The notes under the pieces are model-generated. The model saw nothing but the letters and a program-made list of their open reading frames with translations, was not told where the DNA came from and did no database searches. Positions 50,130-62,700 of a stretch of DNA of 64,000 bases are shown piece by piece; positions within the stretch are counted from its first letter, which is position 1, and every line of letters begins with the position of its first letter. The stretch is taken from assembly GCF_036321535.1 (NCBI RefSeq), contig NC_087472.1, positions 92,816,001 through 92,880,000 on the forward strand, written 5' to 3'. The position numbers and the translations under genes are program-made. The DNA is from Camelus dromedarius (taxonomy: Eukaryota).

Positions 50130-53100
50130 CTTTGATTCATTAATTTGCCAAATATTTACTGAGTGCTAATTACGTCCCAGACTCTGATAGGAGCTAGATA
50201 AAAAGTTTAACAAAATCACTCTCATCTCAGAGTTTATAGACAAGTATGGGAGATTTTCATTAATCAAATAATCACAAAACCAAACATAAAATTGTAACTC
50301 TTAGTGCTGCCTGGCAGTGGTACGTGGCACTATTGAAGGTGCATAACACAGGATGCGACATAGGGTGGTCAAGGAAGGCTTTCCTGAGGATATAACAACA
50401 AAGGGAAAACCTTACTAAATAAACATTAACAAGGAGAAGGGAGGGACCATGTCCCAGAGACTAGTAACGGTGTGCTCAAAAGCCTGAGGTTGTGCTGGGG
50501 GTTGAGGACCATTAAGTGTAAAGGACTTAAAGCTACTGGTGAAGCTGGACTGCAAAAAGCACAATGGAGTTTCAGAGAAGATGAAGCTGGAGAGGTGGTC
50601 TGAGCTAGGTCTTCTAAGATTATTGTTAAGGGGTACTGTATTTCTCCTAAGAGCAACTGGAGGCCATTGAAGGTGATTGAACATTTGAAGGTGTTTGAAA
50701 ATGACTGATTTTGTCAGACTATGACACTGAGAGCAAGATTAGGATGCTACTGCAATTGTCCAGTCGAGGGCAGGAATTTGGATTAGGATGACAGCAGTGG
50801 AAACTTAGAGAAGCAAACAGAAATTGAGAAAGATGTGGGACACTGTAGCTATGGTTATAGTTGTGGGTTGTGGTTACAGTTACAGTTATCATTATGGTTA
50901 CAGTTATGGTTATTGTATGGTTATGTGGGCTGAGGGAGGAAGATTTCAAGAATGATTCAGGTTTCCTGCTTGACTAACAAAACATATGGGGCTGTTACTC
51001 ACTGAAGGCAGGGACAGAAGAGGATGAGGTTTGCTAGGACTTGATCATGTGGTTTGACCCTGACATGCTGAGTTTATATTATGCTTTTCAAACATTCAAA
51101 AGGAGACATCGGTTAGATAAGAGTTTGCCTATATGGCCCTGGAGCTCAGAGGAGAGATCTGGCCTAGCAGGGGGAAGACTTCAAGTCAAAAGTAAATAGG
51201 TAGCAGGGCAGTCATGAGAGCTGTTCGTCAAATACTTCCTGCTCTCTGTCCGCTGGGTACGTGGTAGGGTTGAACATCCAAACCTGGATTTAACAGTCTG
51301 GGGCTCATCAAAAACAGAAACCACTTTAACATTTAAACATAGGGAATTTAATACAGAGAACTGTTTACATGGGTGTTTAAAGAGCTGAGAGGCCAAACAG
51401 GATGGAGAGCAACAGAAGAGTCTGTTACATTCTCAGAAGAGGAGAGTCAAAGAGGAAATAGCATTACCAGATCCCAGGAGCCATATGTGGAAGCTGGAAC
51501 AGCATCATGCCTGTCTCTTTGGAGCTGAAATCACAGAGAAGCCGCTGCTGCTGCAGATGCCCTCCCAAACAGAGAGGGACAGGATGAACTCATCTAATTT
51601 CTCCACTCCTCCCGCACCCCGCCCTCCATTCTCCCATCACTATCTCCTAAGGCCAAAAGCACCTGGAAGCCTGAGAGCAAGAAAACTTGCAAACCAGTTG
51701 CTTGCAAACCAGAGCAAGTTTTGAGAAGGTGGAGAATGGACTCAGAGCAAACAGGCAGAAAACCAGCAGGTTGTGGTCATTCACTAGTTCAGCTCAATGA
51801 GTCGGGAGAGAAGGAATATGGCACTTTTAGAGCATTTAACTACTAATGGGACACTCTGTAATGCTCTCCTCCTGTCATAATAACCAGTAACATTCCAGGT
51901 AACGAATGCTCCATCACCTAGGGTCTGAGAATGAGGACAATACTGAGCACAGGCCCCACCTGACTCACAAAGGAAATGTAGCAGATAGCCTGGATGAGAA
52001 ATCTTTTCTTTTAAGCTGCTGAAATTTTGAGATTTGGGAATTGTTTGCTACTCACAGCATAACCTAGCCTATCCCCAGATACAACAATCAGAACTGATAA
52101 CTGGGGTGAAGCCCCTCTTAAATTTAGAGGGCTGGTTGGCAGTCACTGATGAAACTGATATTGAAAGCTAAAAGGATTATCATCTAAATCATGCAATGGG
52201 GACATATTAGGTAAATCAGTCATCAACAACAGTTTAAAATGTAAATGTTAGCCACTATATATAAAAATAGATTTTTAAAAAAAGTTTATGCTGTATAGCA
52301 CAGGGAACTATGTTCAATATCTTGTAATAACCCTTAATGAAAAAGTATGAAAAATATATGTATGTATATGCATGACTGGGACACTGCTGTACACCATAAA
52401 TTGACACACTGTAACTGACAGTACTTCAATTTAAAAAAATGGATTAGTTATCAGTTAAAAAAATAAAAATAAACTGTAGATATTATACCTTACACATATA
52501 TAGCTAGGGTTTTTTTTAATTTAACTCTTACTTGCCATACATCCTTGCTTCCCCATTTCATTTTCTTTCTCTAAATTAACTGTAGTATCATAGTTCTCTC
52601 GGCTCTAAGGATCCATGCCTGGTCCTCAGGTAGTAACTACCATGCATTATCTATAGATTTTGGACTTTTGGATGGGATTTATGAGATGTCTCCACTGGGA
52701 AGTGAGTTTATTTTTGCTCTCTGGCCAAACAGTTGAAAACCAGAAAAGCTAACTGCAGTGGCCACAAAATATTTTCAATCTCTGCCTTCTGGCTCCATGA
52801 CAGGACTACATTTTCGTAGAGTCATGTTAGTTTTGTCCAAAGAGTTCTAAATGGAAGTGACATGTGTCACTTCCATATGGGATCATGGGATAGCTGGTCT
52901 GAAAACTCTGGAACTTTCTTTTCCTGTGACGCAGAGATCAGCAACATTTCAGATACAAGTTAATCCATTAACCTAGATCTCATAAGACAACATGATATAG
53001 AGCTCCCAGTTGACTCACTAGGACATGTAACAGGAGTAAGAAATAATCTTTGTTTTCAATCCATTGAGATGTGGAGTTGTTTGTTACATGACTATAACCT

Positions 53101-53540
53101 AGTCTATCCTGTTTTATACAAGTGGTAATTAAAGCCAGGCATGTAAAATAAATGAGAATGCCTAGAAAGAAAATAGATTGTTCTCTAGGAGAATATACCT
53201 TCAGTGGAATCAGAGACTAAAAAGAAAGAGAGGAGAAAACCTAGAAGTATTTTCTGCCTGAGAAGCAATCTGAAGAGTGCTTCAAGAAGAAAAGAATGGT
53301 TAAGTGTCCATTACTGCTAAGAGATCAAATTTCAAAGAGGAATGAAAATCTCTACTGCATTTAGCAACAACATGGTCACGATGATCTCAGCAAGAAGTCT
53401 TTCATTGAATGAAGGAGACAAAGGCCAAAACAGCATGGTCTGACGATTCAGTGGGAGTTTGAGGAAATGAAGAAAGAATATAAACAACTTCTTTGGAAAG
53501 CCTGGATGGAGGAGAGATTGAGTACAATGAGAGGTAGTCC
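50130..53540 (-). mobile_element. Long L2 split by nested insertions: hexamer repeat (~50845-50925), ancient LTR (~51295-51770), MLT1 LTRs (~51840-52085, ~52755-53120) and a short L1 (~52240-52472)
   Basis: L2 3' end ttcattaatttgccaaatatttactgagtgc at ~50135, with L2 resuming at ~53120. The MLT1 ends read ttgtttgttac...taacctag.ctatcc. Confidence 0.75.
52240..52472 (+). mobile_element. Short young L1 3' end, same family as 29204-30222
   Basis: Near-identical to 29970-30165 (aaatgttagccactatat...tgtatagcacagggaactat...tacttcaat). Confidence 0.9.
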
Positions 53541-53570
53541 CAAAATTCGCATTGTGAAAACAGATTTTTC

Positions 53571-54151
53571 TTTTTTTTTTTTCAATTTGTTGCTGTTGGG
53601 TTTTATTTATTTATTTATTTTTATTGAAGTATAGTCAGTTTACATTGTTGCATTAATTTCTGACATACAGTATAACGTTTCAGTTATACATATACATAAG
53701 TATATTTGTTTTCATTTTCTTTTTCATTATAAGTTACTACAAGATATTGAATATAATTCCCTGTGCTATACAGAATAAACTTGTTGTATACTTACTTTAT
53801 GTATAGTAGTTAGTATCTGCAAATCTCGAACTCCCAGTTTATCCCTTCCCACTCCCTTCCCCACCTTGCCACTGGTAACCCTAAGAAATTTTGCTTTTTA
53901 CTGAAGTATAGTTGATTTACAGTTAGTTTCAGTGTACAGCAAAGTGATTCAGTTATACATATATATACATATATTTTTTTTCTTTTCAGATTCTTTTCCA
54001 TTATAGGTTATTACAAGAAACTGAACATAGTTCCCTGTGCTATACAGTAGGTCCTTATTTATGTATTTTATATGTAGTACTGTGTATCTATTAATCTCAA
54101 ACTCCTAATTTATCCCTCCCCCACCCTTTCCCCTTTGGTTAACAATAGTTG
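53571..54151 (-). mobile_element. Two tandem L1 3' ends inside one 15-bp TSD
   Basis: Fragments at ~53600-53885 and ~53890-54151; TSD gaaaacagatttttc (53556-53570) / gaaaacaggtttttc (54152-54166). Confidence 0.85.
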
Positions 54152-57100
54152 GAAAACAGGTTTTTCAATTCATTCTAATGATATACAGTATCATGAAGTA
54201 TAATTATTTAGAATTCTAATTGCTGAGCTCTGATGACAATCACCTTTAACATAAAATCTTATATTTGTGATTCTCTTAAAAACCTGCTCTATATTTGGTT
54301 TAATTTTTTTATAAAGAGAAATATATGCACCTGCAAGTTTACAGCTAAACTTAACTGAGAGGGATACCTGCATATTGTAACATTATTATTTAGACTTCCT
54401 TATACTTGAATCATGATCAAATTTGGTTCCTTCAAGCAGAAATGTGCTGTCCCCACAAAAAATGCAGTTTATATATGGAAAAGACTACACTGATCCCATG
54501 TTGAAAAAAAGTTACTGCATAAAAGCATTTTTTAGTCTTTTCACTTTTATATTCCCAGTGCCTAACTCTGCCTAGAACATCCACTGTACACCATTGTACA
54601 CTATTCTCTCATGACACCCTTTCAGTCAAAAAATATAATCGCCAATGAGCTAATTAGCAGCCTCTTAGTTGCTGATGAAATGGCTAATCCCTAAAATTTT
54701 TTATTTAAATTAAAAAATTTCTTACTTAAATAATTCTTCTTAAATAATTTTGATTTTTTAAAATAATTATTTAAATAATTAAATCATTTCTTCTTTAAAT
54801 AACTTTTTGCAATTGAACAAAATAGAAGCCACTATCCAAATGAAAGTTTCAGACTGAATGTACAGCCTTTAATTCCTGGCATGCCACTTGGCATACACAC
54901 GTTCACATTTAAATGCAGCAAGAGAAATACTTCAAAGTGTAATAATAACAACAACGACGTTTCATCAAATGCCTTGAATGAGCCAAATCAGTGTTGGGTG
55001 AGTTATATATCTTAGTTCAAATCGTTTCAATAAACTTAAGTGGTAGGTATTATAAATCCTGTTTTACACACAGAGTCTATCAGTTTAAGCACATACAGAT
55101 AGCAGGCAACCTAGCCAAAATACTCACCAAGCCTCCTATGTCACCAAAGAGTTACATATAATATTGTAGATATTTTGAATCACAAACACAAATACTCAAT
55201 CTCCAGACTGTCAAAGTTAATAAGCATAGAGTTTTATTCAGCTTTGTGAAAAGTGTGGCATATTTCAGAAATGAGTATTCTACCTAAAGCCAGAAGGTAG
55301 AAATTTCTTGTAGAGTCTGATAAAGATTGTTATTAAGGCCCTCAAGTAGAACTTGATTATGTAGCATTGACAAAATAAACTCTAAGTGAAAAGTCTTATT
55401 TTCCAAAATATTTTACCTATTTATCTCAACGGATCTTCTGAATTCTCATACAATGGGTAAAACAACAAAACTAATTTAAAACAATTTTTACAGTGAGATA
55501 AATAAACAGATGGAAAATCCTTTCTCATTCACCAATTAATATTTATTCTTGTCCTATTAAATGTGTTCAAATTTACCTTTTGCTGAGTGAACTTAAATGT
55601 GAGACAATCAACATCATGTTTAAATACAGGATGTATTCAAAATTAAAGGCTCCTATATTCTTTACCATCCCAACTAATATAAAATGATAAATTAATTTCA
55701 AACCAGACCACGCCTAGAAAGTGGTTCACATCCTAGCCTTGTCAATAACTCTCACTATGGGCAGGACTATCAAAAATTAACAGAGGTTATTTTTCTAAAC
55801 CAGCTAATAAAGATACTTCCCCTGAAATTCTGAAATATGAAGTGCCCTCAAAACGGCAGTACAATGTCATTGTTACATGGATAATGTTCATTATCTTTCA
55901 TTCTTTTGAGATTATATTTAGTTGACAATCACAACTCCAAGCACCAACCAAATAAGCAGCTTGATATGGAGGAATTGGGAGCAGTTTTAAAATTAGAAAA
56001 TGTAGGTTAAAGTACTGATAATGTACAGATATGATTATTTTTGACAGGTCATGGAGCCCTGCTAAGCCCTATTTCCCTATTGTTACAAATTAAATAATGA
56101 CACCAAATTCAAAGAGTTATAATGAGAATAAAATGAAAAAGCACCCTGAAAGCTTACTATCAATTTTGATAAATGTGTGAGGCATTATAACATGATAGAT
56201 ATTGTACAAATAAATGGTAGTTCCTGCCATAGGTAACTGTTAATGTATTTTGTTTAAGTAGTTGTTTGCTGGCTAAAGAAAAGATTAATTTTGTCCATGA
56301 TGAAGATGATGTTGTCCTACAAAATATGAAGTATAATAAAATCTCAACTTTTCAAATAAAAGGAACTTAAATGACAAATCCAGAAGAAAAACCTGAAATT
56401 TACTTGTGACATAGCCTAAATTTGTAATGCAACAGATCTGTTTACCTAATAAAACGTTAATAACGTTATTGTTATCATTTTGGTAAATATACACTTAACA
56501 AGGATGTAGAAAATGATCCTGGGAAGAAAAATTTAAAAGTGTATGGTTTTTGTAGGTACAGAAGAGTGATTATGCTGGAATGCAAAGGCATTAGTCATTG
56601 ATTTCAATGAAGGTTCATTTGACCTCAGTACCACAAGACAAAGACTTTGAAACATTGGACTATAAAATCTAAAAAGGAATATTAATAATTACATAAAGAG
56701 CCCACAGTTAAATTGTTTCCTTATAAGTTTTAAAACTTCTTTCAAAGAAAAACATTTGATCATTTAAGAATGTGGGATTCAAGCCTATAAATAGCTGTTT
56801 TACATTTCTCATTTTCTCAGTGTCTACAAATATAAATCCACAATGTAAATAAAAATAAGAATTAGATTATTCATTAGTTACTCTAGCTTTGTCCACAACA
56901 CCTTTTACTGTCCCTTGCAAGGTCATTCTGATGATACTGAATACAAAACGGAGGGGGGTAAACATGCAGAGAAAATCCTCAGAGTGAAAAGTATTCCTTA
57001 ATATTTAAAATGAATAATTCATTTTCATTAGGTAATCAAGGTGATATATTTTAAAAACGACAAATGAAGTAATATGTCCAATTTCCCTAAGGCTACTGAA

Positions 57101-59776
57101 GTGTTTATTAAAAGCCAAAAATAATTCTGATTTTCTAGTATAGTAAATAGCATTAATTTTGATGCTGTCCAATGAATATGTGTGGGTATCATCTGGGACA
57201 AGGGGAAATGTTCTGCAGCCAACCAAATATCCAGATGTGTTTTCTTTTCCAACTGTTTCACACTGTACTTTTGGTATGGCAAACACAAATGACCACTAAT
57301 ATTTTCAGCTCAGCCCTGCTTAGAGATCTTGCTACAGAAAACTGGAAAGGTTAGGATAAAACAGTTGCCTTTCTGGGGGAGTCTAGAAGAAAGTTATACC
57401 AATTGGGTGAAAATAAACTCTAGTGGTTTTCCTTACATGTTTATCTTTATTAAAATAAAAATTATTTATGTTTTTAATATCTTCAATACTCTTCAGGGAT
57501 AAAAACTTTAATTCATGAGGATGTGTTTTATTTACTTCAATTCAATACATTATAGACTTACTGAGGATGTGTTGAGGATGTATGACTGAGGCAGAGTTGG
57601 TATATAGACAGAAACAAAAGTGAGCAAGACATGCCCAGCCCCTGATCCTACAGAACTTTTAAGCCCTGCAGAATCAGTTAATTTTGTCAGTTAAGTTCAA
57701 AAATTCAACTGGTGTGGGATAACTGAAGTTCACTAAGGAAAATGCAAACTATCAAAGAGAAATCCCCATTACTGTGAGTGTCAAGATCCCACTGAATCTA
57801 TTCAACTCTCTGTCAAATGCATTCCTTGAACTGTATTATACAAGCAGGTTTATTTGCATCTTGGTTTCCCTTGAAAATAACCAGTCATATTTTAAAAATA
57901 AAACTACATCAATGAAGAAAATCTTAGTAGGAAGTTCTAAATCCTACTCTGTAAACATTCCTAAGGAAGAATTTTACAACTCAGAATGGAAAATGCTCCT
58001 GCTTAGACTCACCTAAACCACTTGATTTCAAAAAAAAAAAAAAAAAAGTTGCCAATAAATGTAAAACAAACCACCATCTCCTGTGTATCAGTATGAGAGG
58101 GGGAAAAAATGCTGCTAATTAAAAGATGATACATCATAGAATTTCAAATTAAAACTTGATTTCAGCAATGTTAAATATGTGCTCAGAATCAATTAAATAT
58201 GGTAGTTTTCTTTTGCTTGCTTGCCCTCTTTGTATAGAACATCTAAAAGTTAACCCAATGTAAGTTCACAAGTAAATTCATCCAGTAATTGAAACTCAGC
58301 CTAACTTAGCAAATTAGAAAATTAATAGGCAATTATTATTTCACCTATAAAATCCCAGAGAACAGACTGTTGGTAAGTATAACAACAATTGTGTAATGAT
58401 AATGTAAATTGTAAGTACACATCAGCCTAAACAACTAAATAAAACTTGGGGGTTGATGAGAATGACTGGTTAGCTAAAATATTAAAAATAAACAAAAAAG
58501 ATAGCTTAAGAAGGTAGGCCTCACCAGACTAGATGCCGGGGCTAGGAGAAGGCTGTGATTTCACCAAGGAAGTGAAGCAGTTAATGTTACAATTAAAGGG
58601 AAGAAGATAATTGATCCAGTCATAGAAGCTGATTTTTGTCAATGAGTTACAATATCATAAAAGCCAAAAATTCCAACAGTGCCTTGTTTAGTTGGGAGAA
58701 AGTTAACCAGTGTGATATTTAAAATCATAACTTTCTTTATTCCAACCAATTCCCCAGTCTCCCAAAGTAAAAAGCTCTGCCATTATCTGTGATTTTATTT
58801 AGTTTTGTTTTGTTCTTCATTTTAGAGACAAGTGCCTGTGGAGACTCATGAAATGTCTCGTTGCAAAATGATAATATAGTTAATAGTATGCTTATCAATG
58901 TGAGATTAATTTAGAAATTAAATTAAAGCCACAAATTTAAAACTTTCAGTTTTCAAAGCTTTAGTCAGTATTCAATAATTAAAATCATCACAAATCTATT
59001 AAAATCCTACAAAGTGTTAGCTACTTAGCTTATAGCTGAGGACCTCCAAGTAAATAAAACATGATTCCTATCCTCAAAAATAATCTGAAATTGAAGGACT
59101 AGTCAACAACCACATAGGTCGCGTTATATACCATTGATACCAATAATTTGGTTTCTAACAACTCACAATACGAAGAAAAAGAAATCAGTTTCCTTGCTGT
59201 CTTCTAATAGACTAGAAAGTGTTAGAACTCAATTTAGTTTACAACAGAGTTCTACAGATACAGTTTTAACACAGTAAAAGACATCATGAGTACTACTGTA
59301 TCTTATAACAAAAATGCAGAAGAAGCAGTACTATTTTTGTGCCTTTTGAAAGGCACTGGATATGTTTACCATGATGAACGATGGCCACAAATACGCCCTT
59401 ATATGACACCTTATCCTTCCATTTCTTCAAAGTCTGAAGGAACTGAGAAAGTGCTGAAAAATCAATTTCATCAGATAGTAAATATCAGAATGTTGTGAAC
59501 ACTGGATTTAGACTTAAATATGTGGGATTCATAACCAAGACCTATCATTTATTCTGAAAATTCATTTAATGTTTCAAGTCCAAGTTGCCCCTACGCAAAG
59601 GGTGACAAAATGAAATACTATATGCAAGAGCAGTTTGTAGATACAACAGATATAAAGTATCATTTTTCCATGACTGAAAATACTTGTCAATAAAGAAACC
59701 TACAAAGTCCTCAGGAGAGGAGTACATATATTCTTTCTTTCTGCATTTTTTTTCCCTTAAAGGAGTTGTCAAGCTC

Positions 59777-60253
59777 TAGTAGATAGAACAATGGCCCCCA
59801 AAGATGTTCATGTCCAAATCCCCAGAACCTATAAATGTTACCATACATGGTAAGAAGGATTTTGCAGATGTGATTAAGGATTTTGAGATGACTGTGGATT
59901 AGAGCCCAAAAGGATCCCTTTTTTTTTTTTTTTTTTTTAACAAGGATCCTTTTAAGTAAAAGAGGGAGGCAAGAGCATCAGAGAAGTAGATGTGAGGATG
60001 GAAAAAGCCAAAGTGATATGACTAGGGCTATGAGGATGGAAGGTAGCCCACAAACTGAGATATGTGCACAGCCTCTAGAAGCTGCAAGAGGGAACAGATC
60101 TCCCCACCAAGCCTTCAGAAAAGAACACAACCCTACTTACACTTTGATTTTAGACCAGCAAGACCTGCATTAGACCTCTGACTTTCAGAATTGTAAAATA
60201 ATACATGTATGTTGTTTTAACCCACTAAGCACGTGATAATTTGTTACAGCCAA
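59777..60253 (+). mobile_element. MaLR solo LTR (MLT1D-like)
   Basis: aatggcccccaaagatgttcatgtcc...ttttgcagatgtgattaag...agcctctagaagctg...taatttgttacagc. Confidence 0.9.
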
Positions 60254-61214
60254 TTTCCCTAGGAATACAGGTGCCATGGGAGAGTGCACAGCTAGATTCT
60301 ACCCACCGGGCTATAACCACAAGGCTATGTGGCTGCAAGCCAGTCCCTCCCCATTTCAAGTAGAAAAGTTGAATTAAGGTGATCTCTCAGGTGTCCTCCA
60401 TCTCAAAAATACTATAATTAAACACACTTTCTCCTTTCTTTCTCTTTTCCCATCCTGTATGCTTCCTCCCTTCCCTGGATTAAAAGAGCTATTTCCACTC
60501 TGTTGTATTTTGTGCTTCAGGAAGAAGGTAATGTCTTGTGCTAGCTGGTCTGGTAGAAAGTGCTGAGGGATAATGAGGTCCATGTATCCTGACAAGCCAT
60601 GTCAGCTGCTTTCCTTCACTGACAATAAGTAGGGAACTTTCGTTGCCCACTCCAATTTTCCCTGAGTCTATTTTCCAGGTCTCAAAATACACAGGCAGAA
60701 GTTACACAGGAATCCAATATGAACTGAAGATCCCTAGAGAGTAGTTAGTTTCCTGGGCAATTATATGTAAAAATGTCCTCATCAAGATGATTCCTTTAAA
60801 GGCTGTCTTCAAGCTCTAAGATTTTAAAAATTCATGATTTGTCATGCCCAATTATAAGCTAGGGCATTTATAAGAATCTGTGGTTTCTGTGGAGAAGGCT
60901 ACTAACAACACATTCGACCTTGAACCAAAAGGGTCAACTAAACCACGTATAACAATAGCCAGAAACTAAAAAGTATATTTGTGCTTTCTTCAACCTAAAT
61001 TGTAACAATTTTAATAGCAGTGTTGCAATCCAGGAATAAGATGACTGGAGTTTTAAGAATTTAATTCTTTAAACATCAAACTTTGCCACAATAATAAACT
61101 GAGTGTTATTTTAAAATAACAACTTGAAACTTTTATTTTTATATAATAGGGGAATATTATATTACCCTATAAGTATTCATACCCTCGTGAAAGAAGGCTG
61201 CAAAAGTTCTATAG

Positions 61215-61740
61215 TTAAGATGACCCAGTAATTCCACTCAGAGGTATTTACCCAAAGGAGTGGAAACAAGTATTTGAACAATTATACATGAATGTTCAAA
61301 GCATCACTATTCACAGCAGCCAAAAACTGTAAACAAGTTAAATGCCCATCAACAGATAAATGAATAAACAAAATTGATATATCCATTCAATGGAGTATTA
61401 TTCACCGATAAAAATTACAACATGAATAAAACTCAAAAACATTCTAATAAAAGAATCGTGACACAAAAGGTCATGTATTATATGATTTCATTCACATAAA
61501 ATATCCAGAGTAGGTCAATTCATAGAGATGGAAAGCAAAGGAGTGGTTGTCAGGGACTGGGAGGAGGGAAATGGGAATGACTTAATGCTTACAGGTTTTC
61601 TTCTTGCAGTGATGAAAATGTTTTGGGACTAGATAAAATTGATGGTTCCACAAAACTGTAAATGTTCTAAATAGCACTAAGTTGTACATCTTAAAATGGC
61701 TAATTGTATGTTATGTGAATTTCATTTCAATTTTAAAACA
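61215..61740 (+). mobile_element. L1 (L1MB/MC-like) 3' end
   Basis: tgacccagtaattccactc...aatgcccatcaacagataaatgaataaacaaaa...tgttatgtgaatttcatttcaat. Confidence 0.85.
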
Positions 61741-61744
61741 ATGT

Positions 61745-62700
61745 TCTTTGGTTAGACAGAACTGAATTCCCTTTTTGGCCCTGCCACTTATAATGTACCC
61801 TTTGGCAAGTTACTTAAGCTCTCCACTCAGCTTTCAGGGTTAATGTGAAGATTAAACGAAATACTCTATTTACAGTATCTGGTGCACAGCAGATTATTGG
61901 AAAAATGAAACTTCCCTTCTCTGGACCTTTTTTCTCCTCTATTGACTGATACTTCAGAATGCCAATTTACAAACATAAATAAGCAGTAAGTTAAAAAAAA
62001 AAAAAAACCCAGACAGACAGACATACATGACACTGCAATCCCTAAAAATTGATCCTGAGGAAGTAATCAGATGAAAATATGACCTCTTGAATCTTTGAAA
62101 CTATGCATCACACACACTCTCATAGACATTATACATATCTAAGTGTTGTTGGTACTAGAGAGAAAATGTGAACACCAAATGTTCATCAATAAGAGATTGG
62201 TTACATAAATTAAGACATAACAATTCAATACACTACTATTTGCCAATCTAATCACAATGTAGATTTGTATTTAATGACACTGACAGATATCCACACCATG
62301 GGAGGGAGCAGAAGACAATTTCAAAACTGTATACATCCCACGATCCCTTTCATATCACAAACACACAGAAAAAAAGACTGCAAGAAGATATACATAAAAT
62401 GTAAACACCTTTAATGCTGGTATTAAGGATGACATTTATAATACTCTCATAATAAGAAAGTCAATAAAAACATCTATTTTGAAAAAAAGGATATAAAGAA
62501 AAACTTTTAGTAACATACCTTTCTCATTATCAAACAGTATAAAATCCACTGACTTATAAATGAATTTCTATTTCTGATGTATAAGATTTTATAATTCTTT
62601 TGTAGGGCAGAATTTGCCTTTGTGAGAAATAAATACACCATTTATTAGCTGTGTGACTTCTGAGAAATCATTTAACCTCTGCACATCAAAACGGTGAAAA
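61745..62700 (+). mobile_element. MIR (~61745-61900), ancient L1 3' fragment (~62020-62480) and MIR (~62600-62700)
   Basis: ctgccacttataatgtacccttt-ggcaagttacttaa; accaaatgttcatcaataagagattggtta; atttattagctgtgtgactt. Confidence 0.7.

Noticed and set aside
50845..50925. Regular short repeats resembling an array
   Set aside because: Degenerate GGTTAT/GTTACA hexamer microsatellite with no unique spacers; not CRISPR-like and not telomeric.
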